A stretch of 64,000 bases of DNA from Caerostris darwini (taxonomy: Eukaryota). This document shows positions 23,851 to 37,858 of the stretch, piece after piece. Both the position numbers and the translations under genes were made by a program. The first letter of the stretch is position 1, and every line of letters starts with the position of its first letter. The DNA is taken from assembly GCA_021605075.1 (NCBI GenBank), contig BPLQ01011166.1:407264-471263 (forward strand), written 5' to 3'. The notes under the pieces are model-generated. The model made no database searches. It saw only the letters and a program-made list of their open reading frames with translations, and was not told the DNA's origin.

Positions 23851-26800
23851 CTGCGAAGAAAAAAAGCATACCTAAATTTTATTGAAGAAATAAAAAAAAT
23901 AAAATTGCTCGATTAAATTATTAATTAAAATATAAACATAACTAAAATAACTTTCCTATCTTTTTCTTTGGCAGATTTTAAATTGTTGAGATTTTCTACT
24001 TAAAAGATGAAGTATTATTAATTATAATATTTTTAACACTCATCAATAGTTACATGCTATTTTGAAGGAATTAAAAATAAATAATTGAAAACGCTAGATA
24101 TATGTAATTTAAAAAGTAAGTGTGTTGTAAGATAATATCTCCTTAAAGTTATTATTAGCTAATTATAAGTTAAAAAATATTACAGCATATTAATAAGTAT
24201 ATTAAAAATTTAAAAAAAATTAAGGTATTAATTTTTATATTTTAAAAATCTGCAATCAATAATAAAACATTTTAAATTATCTTTCAAAAACTTATTTAAT
24301 CTTGCACTAAATTTAAAAAAATAATATTAAAATTGAATTTAATATAGGCTGTCAATATCTGAATAAAATAAAAATGCATCTAAAAAAAAGCTATGATTAA
24401 ATTCTTCTTCTTTTTATTATAAATTGAAATATCTTTATAAGCCTTTTAATATCAGATTGCTAAATTTTTGAATATTTAAAAATACTATAAAGCCTTTAAA
24501 AAAAAGTAAAAACTTTTTCTTCCTTTCCCAACAAATTTTATAGTTTTAAATATCCATAAAAGTAAAGCCATATATAAATCAAGACATAAATACATAGGAA
24601 TTGGTTAACATTTGAAAAAATTTTTGTTTAGCATAGTTAAACATTTTTATGTAACTTGGGCTTATGTAGATGACAGCATTAATGGCAATTTTTATATAAT
24701 TTCCCATTTATGTACATTATAAATAATTAAAATTAAAATTTTAATTTGTATTTCAATTAAAAATTAAAACATGAGAGATCTATAAAATAACCTATAGTGT
24801 AAAATAGTGTTTAACTATTTTTTCTTAAATGTTTTTAAATTTATTATTTCTAAAGGATTTTTGAAAAATAATAAACATTTATGATGAGATAAAACCAATA
24901 TTCCAATATTATTTTACTTAAATAAAACAATATTTTACTGCTACTGTATTAATCAAGTATAAATAACACAAGTATGAAAAATTAACGTTTAAACAAAACA
25001 AATAAGCATGGCTTACCATAGGCAGAAAAGTCCACACCCTTCTTAATTTTTGTTTCTAAAAAAATACATAATTAATTTTTAAATATTTTCAAAAAAATTT
25101 AATCACAAATTAATTTATAAATAAAAAAGATGAAAGTACTTACTTAGTATAACTTTAAAGCAAGACCATAAACTACAAGTAGTGATAAACAAAAGAATAC
25201 ATATAGCTAAAATGACTTCATTTGGAAAATTTTGTCTCTTAGTTTTTTTAATATTCACATCATCTATCTCTGTACTTGAAATATTTTCTACTAAAATAAT
25301 AATATGTGTGGTTAGATAAATATATCAAGATGGAAAAAAAAATCATAAATTTTTTTAAACATGTATATATTATTTCATAGTGTTTGATGAATATACTCAA
25401 TTAATACTACATTTTATTTTAGTTTAATGATTTTCAAAAGAAAAGCACTTTCGCTAAAGGATGATCTATGGTGGTCTACTATAATACACTCACATATTGC
25501 AACTACAATTAGAAAAGAACATCCTCATACATGGTATCTCAAAGGTGCATATCCACCCCTCATCCTCTCTGAACCCAACAAAATGGCTTTATTTTATGCA
25601 GATAAAATAACGGATTTATGCTTCTTTCCCACAAAGATAGGGAACAAACATTGTTTTTCGTTCATCTACACTTTATACCATGCTCTTTTGGGACCAAAAT
25701 TCATCCACCAACCTACTCCACCTCCGTGCATTTTGTAATAACACAAACAATATATTTATTATAAAAATAATTATTTTAAATGTCGCTGATTAGAACTTGT
25801 CCATTCCTCTGGTAAATTTATAACAAAATGAAAAGATCTCTAAAAATGTCCAAGTGCTTATAAATACTAGACGGAAAAATATGTTTAAAAAGAAATTGAT
25901 TTCAAATGGTAAGAATTTTTTTTAACTATAGTATAGCCTCTCTAAATATCTGTATTTCAGCCTTCATATTTAAATACTTTCTTTAAAGAGAGAAAAGCTT
26001 TAAAAATTTTAAACGATCCGTTCAATCTCTGTTTTTCCCTAAAGTGCATTAAATTCTGTGTTAGAAAATTTATGATTATGCATTAGGATTCACTTTTCAG
26101 TTCAATTATGGTTGTTTGCCTCAAGATTCACCGGGAGATGGTTTGTATCTCTTTGAAGGGAAATGTTATGGATTCGTGACACTTGAATTGGAGACTGACA
26201 TGCAATTTAACAATATTTATATTGTTTAAATTAAATTTCTTCAAATTAAAAAAAAAAAATCATTTTTTGAAAGATGTTTAGAAAAGCAATCTTCCTTTAC
26301 TTCTTATGCATAATGCATCAAGACAGAACTCTAATTAATGCTAAATCTGCCATTATCAATGTAAAATCACTGAATTGGAAGTAATTATTGTTTTAGTACA
26401 CACACATTACCAGTAAACAATATAGTTATTTCAAAAGATTTATATAACAATTACCTCAAATATAGACTGCAATTTTATTTATTGTAATGAAGAATTATTC
26501 AATAAAAGTTATTTTTTTCATTTTTGTAATCCTATTTATACTTTAAAATATTAACAGATATTATCTATAATTTTCAAGTAAATATTAATATATCCTAGTA
26601 AAACATTGAACCAATATGTGTGACATTTTTTATCCATATAAAAAAGTTTCTCAAAGTATTATTCCAGGTTTCTCCACAATTGCACAATTTAAAATCTTGA
26701 TACATCAAGTTTGGTTTTATAAAAATATATAAACATATTGTTATTTTTACAAATAACAGTAACAACAAATTTCAAGTTAAATCTCATGTAACCAATATAC

Positions 26801-29800
26801 CATGTAAAAATACAAAAATTAATATGGTTATAATTATTACTTCATTAATATTTCTTTTTTGCAATTATTGTACTGTCATTTTATCTATCATTTGAATTTT
26901 TAATAAAAAAAGTAACATATAGTCTATAAAGGGCCGAATAAAATAAGATTTCAAATATGATACACATATTGTTTGTCAAATAATATTTTTCAAAAATTTA
27001 GACTGTTTTATTATTTTGTAACTATATTTTTTAGCATATAAATTTTAGTCTATTGTAATTAGTAAGCATATGCAGAAAAAAATGTTTTACTTACACATTA
27101 GGCCAATTATAAAATATTTTGTGACTAAACGAATCAATTATTTTAAAACGGGAATAAAGATAATAAACACTAATTCAGCAATATTTACTAACAAATCTAA
27201 TAATCTCTGTTCCACTTAAGATAATTTTTAATTTTAGAGACATTTTAATGTTTCTTACATTTATTAAGTTTTTTTCTTTTTCTTATTTCAATGATATGAA
27301 GAATATTTTAAATTAAATAAGAATAAGTATTACCAATACAATTTAAAAAAAACTGTACCTTTAAACACACTCACATAAGTTAAAGCAATTGTGCTATATA
27401 AAATTTTAAAATACATAAATATAAAGAATAAAAAGTGAATTAATGCATATATAAAATAATATATATGGGGCATGAATTTTAGATTTAAAATTTCCTCAGC
27501 AAATTGATATTATTGGTAATAATTCTGAAAAATCGCTTTTTCTAATACAATCGATGAAATCGGTGTCCCACCCCCTTCTCTATGCTACAAAGGAGCTATA
27601 AAGAAATCTAAAGCATATAAGATTTATTTATTTAAAAATAAATTTTTTTCTGATCAACACTTCATAAAAATACCTAAAGAATAAAATTAATTTGTAAGCA
27701 TACATTTTTTATTTATTTTGCAGATGTTTTATTAGATAAATGTTTTGAAACATTTATTATACACACAATTAAAACATTTATTACAGCAGTTAATTCTCTT
27801 GCACGAACTTAAACTAATTTTACAACAATGTCCTTTTTTTAATACAATTTTCACTGTATTTTCAAACAAAAAAATTATGTAAAATAAAATAACTGTTCCC
27901 ATTAACTTTTATTAGCTTTATATTTACAAATAATTACATTTTATGGAATGAGTCTGTGTTTACATGAACTGTACATAAAACTTTATATTATCTCTGTCTT
28001 GAGAAACATTAGAATTTCAAAATAATCATAAATAATAATCAATAAAAGGAAATGCAGATGTCTACAAAAATTTACCAGTAATATTAAAGATATCAGAATT
28101 TAACGCCCATGTTCGCAATGGAGTTCTTTCAATAAAAGGTACAACCTAGAAACATACATAAAATTAGTAATAAAATAAATTTCTAAATACGAAAATAAAT
28201 TGGAATTAAACATTACCAATATGCAATAATATCCAGATTTTTTTATTGGGAAAACAAATATTTCTTCAATACTGTAATTCTGAAAGTGCATGAAAATAAT
28301 AATCATTATTATTTATCTATTAAAAACAAAAAAATCAATATTAATAAAAAAATTAAAATAATAAATACATTTTTTAAGTGAAAAAATATTATAGAAACAT
28401 AAATAAAAAAAATAATATCATTTCTAGCAAATTACATATCAGAATTTATGTTATAACTAAATTAGTCCATGAATAATGATATAGATATTATGTGGCAAAT
28501 TTCTGCATTACTAGTAATTTTAAATGCTTATTTCAAAATCAGTAATAGTTTAAAATTATTGACACTTATTTCTCATATAAATATAGCAATGTGAATAAAA
28601 TATAAATTACATCAACTTGAAATGGGGAAAGGAAAATACACAGTTTTTGGAATAAAACAAACATAATAAAAACAAATAGAATATAGTACTTATAAAAATG
28701 TAATGAAAATTGATTAACAAAAAACATTTAAAAAAAGATTGTGTGACATCAAAGTGACAGTTGATTTCAATATATATATATAACAAAAAAATGTCATAAT
28801 AACTAGACAAATTTTATGCATTTATTATTCAAAAATATTTACATATTTTAGATTAAATATCACAGAACAATTTAATTAGGTAGTATTTAAAAAAAATCAA
28901 TTACCATTATTTTTAATTTTATAGAGTGCATTCAAAAAATATTTTATTTAAGAATATTTTTATGGGAAATGTATGTATACTTATATGAAATATAAGAGGA
29001 ATCATGCAATAAAACAATAAGTTACCTTATTAAATTTTGGATTAATTCTGAAGAAATCTGGCTGTACTATTCCTCTTTTTGGTTTACATTCAAAATACTC
29101 GAATTTATACAAATATACATTATAAAAATCGAAACATTTTATATACTCATCCCACAAGCTAATTTTAACAGTTATTTCTTTTCTAAAATAAAAATAGAAA
29201 TAATATTAATTCAATCATCATTGAACTTATTCCTCTGTAAAAAAAAAAAAGTTATATCTAATGATTACAACTCATCATGGTCCAAGAAGAAATTTTATTC
29301 TTCCTTCTATTTTGCAAATAAGTAATTATAAAAACTGAAAGTAATTGTAACTGCAAGTAATTATAAAAACGGAAAGCTGCCATATTTTTTATATTAAAAT
29401 ACAAATTGCATTAATCTATATTTATGTGAAAAAAATTCTTTCATCCATATTTTATATTTACTGTCACCTGTGAAAAGGGCAGTTTTTCAAAAATCAAAAT
29501 CCTTATGGATGTATTGATTAACAAAGCTCAGTCTTTTTTCTCTAATTTGCTCTGGATTCGAGATTCTCTTTTCAATAATGGCATGAAATATTTTTTTCAT
29601 TTCTCAAATAAGAGTGAAATTGTGTGACATTCAACAAAAGCACCTCTTGCATTCTTGCATGTAGACTTTTGTGACACCAAATTTTACATTTTTTTTTTTT
29701 TTTCATATTCTGGAGAGATATTTTGTATTTTATCATTTATTTTTATAAAAATATTGTTTAACTTATGATACCTTGCTGTAAAATTAATTATTTTATGATG

Positions 29801-30557
29801 TTTATAATTTTTTTAAATCTTCTTATTTTAATTGGTGTATGTCGACTTTTATGACAGACTGTATAGGTATTTTTTTCTTCATAAATTTACATTACAGTCA
29901 ATAATATTTATTCTAAAATTACAAAAAAATTTTTATTTTTGTGTACTCTAAAATTGCTTAAAAGTTGTCACATGAATTCTGACTCATTCTGTATATTATG
30001 TGTATAATTTACATATATATATAAAGTGACTGAGAATTATTGTACACATTACAGAATTATGTAAAAACACACTAGAAAAAAAATAAAATAAAATCGTTTT
30101 GATAACTTATAATGAAACAACAAAAGAATCTATGTGAGATATTTTGGCTGCTGGTACACTGGACCCATCTCTTATGTAATTTTTTTGTGTGCATTGGAAT
30201 ACCAGAAATGTTTTTCATTCATTTTATTCACTTTAATCAATTAACTTGAAGTCTAAGTTAGAAAAAATTTCGTCAATCAAAAGCTAACTTATAAGCTTTA
30301 AACCATAACATTCTCCTTTTAACTAAGAAAATTACATTTTATGGAATTACACCTTAATAGAATTGCACATTAAAAGATTTGAAATTTTAGTTAGTCATTT
30401 TACAATGAATTAGAGCTTATTGAAATACTGTAACATTACACTGCAATTATGAATGATTTAAATAAAAGAAAAATACTTAAATGTATCTTGTTTCACAGAA
30501 GCATAATCTAAGGTCAGACTCCAATTTTCGCAAGAATATTTTGATTCCTCAGGAAAA

Positions 30558-30686
30558 AGAGCATTGAGATCAATGCTCTTTGAAGAGCTCTCTCTCTCGA
30601 GATCAATGCTCTTAGGGGAGATCTTTCTCTCGAGATCAATGCTCTTTGGAGAGCTCTCTCTTTTGAGATCAATGCTCTTTGGAGAT
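30558..30686. repeat. Minisatellite, 33-bp unit GAGATCAATGCTCTTTGGAGAGCTCTCTCTCTC × about 3.8, with near-palindromic subunits (gagcattgagatcaatgctc, gagagctctc)
   Basis: Direct tandem units are visible at 30566, 30599, 30632 and 30665. Confidence 0.85.
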
Positions 30687-32184
30687 ACTACAAATAAAAT
30701 TTTAACATTAAATAATTAATTCTGATTATGTAGATACAAGAAATTCACAAGAAAAAAATTCTTCAATAGAATAATTTAAAATAAAAGAAATATTTAATTT
30801 TATACAAAAAATAATAAATTAGTAAAATCTAATGAATATTTAAGGAATTACAATTAATTACAAAATGACAATAACTTAAGGAATTTAATAAACTAATTTA
30901 GTTTATCAGAACAAAAAGTATCCTTTTTATAATAAAAAATGAGTTTGTTAAAATTATACTGTTTTTAGTAATTAGATTTTTTTTTAAAAAAATGAAAGTG
31001 TTAGCAACCAGATTAAATAAAATAATTGCATCAAAAATGGATAATATGAATTAATTCTTATCTACTTAAATTGAAAAACTTTTTTATCTTATAAAAATTA
31101 TTAAGTTGCCTATGATTTTCACACATTAAGTTAGTGATTTTAAAAATATTTTTTTCAAAACTAATTGAAGGAAGATTATTATATTTTTATTTCGTAATAT
31201 TTGTCAATAAATCGAAAATTCTGATTTAAAATTATTAAAAATAATAAAGCTTATTTTACAATGATTAATATTAATATAAAATCCAGATTAATTGGAGATT
31301 ATTTTTTTCTATTTGTGAATGAAAAATTCTGCTTAATGCAAAAATCTTTTACTAATATTATATAGATTGTGCAATGCTTTAACATTATATATAAATATAA
31401 ATACAAATACTAGGAGAGAAAAGTAGCAATTTGAATTAAAATTTATGACTAATAATTTTGTAAAAAAAATGGAATTACACTGAAAAAAACTGATTTCAAT
31501 GAAGCTGTTGGGATGTGTATAGTCACAGTGCAGATGTTTTGTAAAAATAGCCTGAAATAAAGGGTTAGTAAATTTTAAAATAATTAGTACAAAAAGGAAA
31601 ATTATTTAAAAATATTTGCAGAAAATGCTTAAAGTATTTTAGCCACTTAAAAGATAGCAAAATCTTAGAATGATGCAAATGTTAATGAATTTTTTAATTT
31701 GTGATATAAGTTCATGAATTTATATGAAACATAAGACTTCATATATTACTTGTCCAGTCTTTTCGGTTTATTTAAATAATAATTTGAAGTAAAATAGAAA
31801 ATAATTAGTATCAATAGGATAATTAAACTATACTAACATACATGTTTCTATAAAAAAAATTATTTTCACATAAATCACATATATTCTCTCTCTAATAATA
31901 TTACTTTATATCTTTCAAAAATTAAATCATAAATATATCTTTTAGTATTATTAATTTAAATGTATTAAGAATTGATATAAATCTTTGGAGTGTATATTAC
32001 AGGTACTAAAATGCATTGTTTAAATAATTTCTTAAAATCTTACTTACATAAACACAATACTTTTGACAAGTTGTAAGAAGGCTTCTATTACAGCTCTTTG
32101 TATGACGAGACTAATAAAAATATTAATATGCTAAGAATATTTTAAATAAATTTAAGTCTGAAAATAAAAAAGTACTAAAAAATA

Positions 32185-32238
32185 ATGCATTGTTAGCTAT
32201 ATATTTACTATTAAGTAAATATATAGCTAACAATGCAT
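32185..32238. repeat. Perfect palindrome: 25-bp arms ATGCATTGTTAGCTATATATTTACT / AGTAAATATATAGCTAACAATGCAT separated by ATTA
   Basis: Read directly from the sequence; no mismatches. Confidence 0.9.
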
Positions 32239-35200
32239 ATATTCAGTATTTCAGTAGACTTAAACAGTATACTGAAATGGGAATTACTTGTTGAAAACAC
32301 TTAAAATTTCCATAGACACTAGATAAACCACTCCATACAATCTTCATGAATTATTTTTTATTTCTAAAAATATCAGTAAAAATGAATTCCTATAAAAAAA
32401 TACGGTATAAAAAGTATTTTTTTTTTTCTTCTCAGAATATATTAGATAAGATTGGCAGGAGAATGAAATAAATAAATTTTTTAAAATGAGAAATTTAAAA
32501 GATGGCATACATTCTAAATCAAAAACAAAAATAATGCCTCAAGAAGTAGTTACCTGCAAATGAACTTCTGGAAGTGAAAAAGGAAAAATTTCATTTTTAG
32601 GGCATAACTTCATTTCATATATCTACTCATTTTTTACTGTACCAAGGATTTGTATATGGGTTTGAGCACAGTATGGGCATATGTCACTATTTGAAATAGG
32701 ATGTATGATTAAGGTGATTAATGAAGATTAAGGTATGATGATGATGGTTAAAGAAAAGGACGCAATGATTAAGGTAAAGGAAGCAAAGTGATCAAATCAA
32801 AGATTGGCTCAGGATTTGAGTCAAAGTGAAGTCACCATTTGCAAATGTTGTCAGGAATGCTTAAACTATCACAAAATGCAGTATCTTGAAGGCAGCTATC
32901 AACCTAGAGAAATGACAGTGACTCTGACAGAATTTAATCAGTCAATATCAATAATTCAACGTGATCATCTGGGACACCAGAGTCAGAGTTTGACTTTTGG
33001 CAAGCATATTTGTGGTGCATATTTGCGTTTGCATCTATTCGACTAGGAATTTCGCATAGAATAAATTGCTTTTAACAATGAGTTTGGTTTTGAATCAAGC
33101 CTCAATGGTCAACAAATATTATGAGGAGATATCCAGTTAAGTGGTGGGACAATAATCTCATTGAGGATGCCACATAACCTAGAATTATGGTCTGTGGTGC
33201 AATTTATTACATAGTCAGACCTTTTAAATGTTAGCCATGATGGCCTGTCAACATGTCCATATGTCCACAATAAATACACTCTGTTGTGTGTTTGTGGTCC
33301 TGTTTTTTCATGGACCCTTGGGCTAACTTTTTAATATATTAATACTCTGCAACATATAACAATTATTTTATAGATTGACTTTATGCTTGTTATGCTTTCC
33401 AGACCACATAAATAGTCATATTTCTCTCCTTGATAGAGCTCATTTGGAGTATGATAATAGGTGCCTTCAAATGTACCAGAATCTCACAGATCCAACTCAA
33501 TAATTGGAGATTGTTTCGCAAAATTTACTGCATTATGACATCTTTCAATTCTACAGATCAATACCATGCTAGATAACAGCTGATATGCTAACTATATACA
33601 TATATATCTTCAGAGTACAACATTCAATTCCTCTATGAAATTTTAACTATTTAATCTTATAGGTATCTAAAAATTCATACATCATAGTATGAATTTTTAT
33701 CCCATTTGAATAACAAAGTTTTGGTGTGTTATTCTTTTATTAAATATGAACAAAACTCGGATATTTTCTGATAATTAATTTGTATCACTTGAATTCTACC
33801 ATAAACTCTGAACATTTCTATTCAATGAATATCAAGTTGCATGTAGAATTTCAAACTATTTTGAGACTATTTTTTATTATACTTATTTAAATAAAATAAA
33901 ATCTCCACATCTGACAAAACTTCATGGATATTAGAAAAATATAAGGACATGAATCTAATGTGTAAAGATTAAATGATAGACAGGACTTAGCCATCTCCAA
34001 TCACATATTTTATAAACAGACTATATTATGATATGCAAATTGAGTCATATTTGTTAAGTGAATAACATTTAAACTATTAAGCAATTTACTATCAAAAAAT
34101 TTAAATAATAAATTCAGAGAATGGAAAAAAGTTTCAATTTCTTTTTAAAAATTAAAGTAATAAAAAGTAAAATTGGACATTGCAAATATTATGCATATTT
34201 ATAATATTTTGCCCAAATAATAATAATACATTAAATATTAGGATGTATTATTAATAAATACATCATAATGATTCATTCTAATTAATACATGACAGTACAA
34301 CATATGCTTAAAATTAACTGCAACAACTCAAAAAAATATACTGGGCTAGAAATTGTGTATAAATTAATATTTACTTAAATTGTCACTGTTTTATTTATAT
34401 ATTAACTATTAGTTGCTTGTTTCTAAATATAACTAAATTTAAACTTTCCAAAATGTATCTGACCAGCTTTTTAATTAGCAGTGAAAAGCAGTAAATAAAA
34501 TTTAATTTCTATTTCCAGAAATAATTCTTAAATATAGTGAAAAGAAAAAAAAATTACTTTCTTGGAATCAAATGACCATCTATGAACTAGAGCATTTGTG
34601 TCACACATGTGATCTTTGGATGATTTATATATTGAGATATTGTAGTTGAAAACACAATATAAATGCTGCTTGGTTCTCAAAGTGAGGTAAAAATTATTTT
34701 TATTGATAGCATGGTTATAATTAAATACATTCCCTCTGAACTCATTCACTTTTGTGACATCTGAAAAGAGGAAAAAAACAAATCATAATTAATTCATAGA
34801 AATTTAAAAAGTCTTAAATATTCAACACATACTTTCATTCTTATTTTAATAATAAACATATTTTACATAATTTTTTCAAATTAAATAATTTTTAAAATTA
34901 CATTAAGAAAAGCAAAACTTAAAATACATGTTATAAACATTACATCAAAGCACATTTTGATCTTTAAAAATTCAATTACAACATATAATTAAATATTAAA
35001 AATTACTTTTCATATATTAAATGGCATTATACTTTCCATATAATTTTAAAAATAACAACTTTAAAATATTACTATTTCAGCTTATTTTTTTTTAAATAAT
35101 TTTGGAAATTGAAATTTTAAGTGTTAATAAAAATTTTGTCTTTTTAAGCACACAAAACTTTTTGAAAGAGAAAGTTAATTATAATAATGTTTTACTGATA

Positions 35201-36910
35201 TCATTTATAATAAAATACTGAAATAAATCAATATATTTAAGGTCAGAAATTAAAACTTGATTTTTTATTTATTTTTTTTTTCATTTTTCATATTTTTAAA
35301 TTATTGCAGCAATTACAAAAATTCCATAATTATTTTTAAAAAGCATACTTTTAAGAGAATAGTTGGTTGCTTGTAAGAAAACCATTTCCATATCTTCCTG
35401 ATGAACAGACATGTAAATTATTAAATGATTCCAATTAAATGGTTGTAATTTGATGCAAGGAAGAATAAAATCACCCTAAAAATATAACATTTATATTGGA
35501 ATATTATTATTCAAGTGATATAAATGAAAGAAAAGAAACAATCTTCCAAAGATTCCTTTCCTTGTACATTTCTATGAATTAATCAAATACATATATTTTT
35601 CATTTAAAATAGTCTCATTAAATTAATGTAACAATTAGCCATCTAAAAACTTAGATTTAACATATAATGATAAAGATGATAAATAAAAGTTAACTAAAAA
35701 AAGCCAAAATAAAAAAAATTTGGATTTCTCATACTGATAATAAGTGAAATAATAACTTTATTTTAATGTGTCAAATATTTATTGATTATTTCATTATAAC
35801 ATATAATAATGATAAAAACTCAATATTAAAATGAACATAAATGATAATTAACATACTGTACCAAATTTGAACTCTTTTGACTTTTTAATGTATGGATATT
35901 TCAAGTAAATAAAAATACAATTTAAAAAAGTAGTTTTATTAAATCTAACTATCAAACAGCAAACAGAATCAAAATGAATACCAAGAAATACGTAGCTCCC
36001 ATGCAAAAAATATCACAGAGACAATAATGCTAAGTTCACTGTTTAAAAGCAAGCACTCAACTAATTATGATTATTGCTATATGGCATACTTTTATTTAAT
36101 TTTGCATGGCTTTTGTGAGAATTTTTTTCAAGACATCCTCTCAAGTTAAGCTCTTAGTTGTTTCTAGAAGCTTCATGAAATCAATCACTAATATGAGTAT
36201 CTCGGGAAACATTGCCAAAATCACAAAATTTGCTGCCAACTTGGAAATACTTTCAGTCTTTTTAGTTAATTAATCAACTATAAACAATTATTTATATATT
36301 TGAAAATTTAATACTACTAAAAATTAATCCAAAATTACTAACCTTTAAGTGAATAAAAAAAGAAAATGGAATTATAAATTCATAACAGGATTCATATCCC
36401 ACAAATGAAATTCTTATGAAAAAAGAAGACATGACAAGATCTAAAAAAGAAAATTTGATATAACATGATAATCTTTAAGAGAAAAACTTGATTAATTTTA
36501 AACAATTTTAACATAAGATGCGGAATTAAAAAAATATCAACAACTGATAAACATAGAATAGTAAAGTATACTTGACTGAAATTTAATGGAACATGGGTCG
36601 CCATGCATGAAAAACATGTAATTCAAAATATTGACAGTATTAGTGGAACAAAAAACAAATCAAATGGAAAACCATTACGAAAAGTAACTATAAATAACAA
36701 AATAATCAATAGATTAGAAGAAAAAATAAAATGATCAAACAAGTATTACAAAAATGATGAAGACTGTAATTTTGATGATGAATAGGAAAACACGGAGAGG
36801 ATATAGAACGAAAAAGATCACTCATTATCCCGGAATCATGACACTCAAACACATGTAAAAGAGATACATAAAGGGAGATAAAATAATTTTTTATTCTGAA
36901 AAATATCTTA

Positions 36911-37734
36911 CTACTGTGTCCAAAAAGTAAGATCAATTTTCAATTTAAAATTACCGGAGCTTATGGAATTTCAATTTTTTTTTCTTTTTTAGGTTGCTGG
37001 AACTGTCCTTGACATCTGTGTGAAATTTGACGTCAAAATATTCATTAGTGTTTGAGTTAAGCTTGGCTTTGTGAAAAGCTAAAACTGATTTCGACGATTT
37101 TTGAAATGTCTGAATTAATTGAGAAAAGAAATTACACTAAATTTTGTTTGAGGAAAAGTATAGAATGTTGCAGGGCGTTCGGTGAGCATTCCTATATCAG
37201 AAAGAAATGTTTAGAAGTGGTATAAACAGTTCAAAGAAGGCAGAGAACGCGTTGAAGACGAAGAGCCCTCTGGTCGACCATCAACCTCAATCGACGAAGC
37301 TCACATCCAAAAAATTAAAGATTTGATGCTTGCAAATCGTCGATTTACAATTAGAAACCTTGCTGCTGATGTTGGAATTTCAAAAAGATCGGTCTTTTTC
37401 GTCAAAATTGAAACCCATAGCATTTCAATCCCCATATCATCAATTGAAACCCATATCTTCAATCGACTCAAATCGGTGGGACCGGAGTGGTAAAAAGACC
37501 ACTCCAGTCCCACCATTTTGAGTCGATTGAAGATTCAATGTGAATCCCCGCACGCTTTGAAGGCCATCCCTGCCGACGACTTTTTAGCGTGCATTGAGGA
37601 TTGGAAAAAAAGTTGGCATAAGTGCATTGTGTCCGGAGGGGATTACTTTGAAGGCGATGAAATAAATTTGGAAGAATAAATGAAGAGTTTTTTAAAAAAA
37701 AAAAGTAATTGGTCTTACTTTTTGGGTACAATAG
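36911..37734 (+). mobile_element. Internally deleted mariner-like element, second copy, TA TSD (36909-10 / 37735-36), with a perfect palindromic hairpin at the deletion junction (37456-37515)
   Basis: Termini are CTACTGTGTCCAAAAAGTAAGATCAATT … AATTGGTCTTACTTTTTGGGTACAATAG. Coding remnants read …LCCRAFGEHSYIRKKC…VEDEEPSGRPSTSIDEAHIQKIKDLMLANRRFTIRNLAADVGISK… and …SGGDYFEGDEINLEE*. The junction carries gactcaaatcggtgggaccggagtggtaaaaagaccactccagtcccaccattttgagtc. Confidence 0.7.
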
Positions 37735-37772
37735 TAATATAAAAATCACCCTTAAAGCTAAATTCTACATTT

Positions 37773-37858
37773 GACTTAAGGACCAGCTTAATTTGATAGA
37801 ATGACATAAAATTTAATAGCTATATGCCATTCTATCAAATTAAGATGGCCTTTAAGTC
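37773..37858. repeat. Hairpin-forming inverted repeat (31-bp arms GACTTAAGGACCAGCTTAATTTGATAGAATG / CATTCTATCAAATTAAGATGGCCTTTAAGTC, 24-bp loop)
   Basis: Read directly; it lies immediately 3' of the mariner-like element. Confidence 0.7.

Noticed and set aside
25427-25738. 103-aa plus-strand ORF (MIFKRKALSLKDDLWWSTIIHSHIATTIRKEHPHTWYLKG…)
   Set aside because: No splice signals, no motif, and it is isolated within a 28-kb AT-rich stretch; most likely fortuitous.
30558-30686. CRISPR-like array
   Set aside because: Eukaryotic context, repeats directly abutting with no spacers, only about 4 units; it is a minisatellite.
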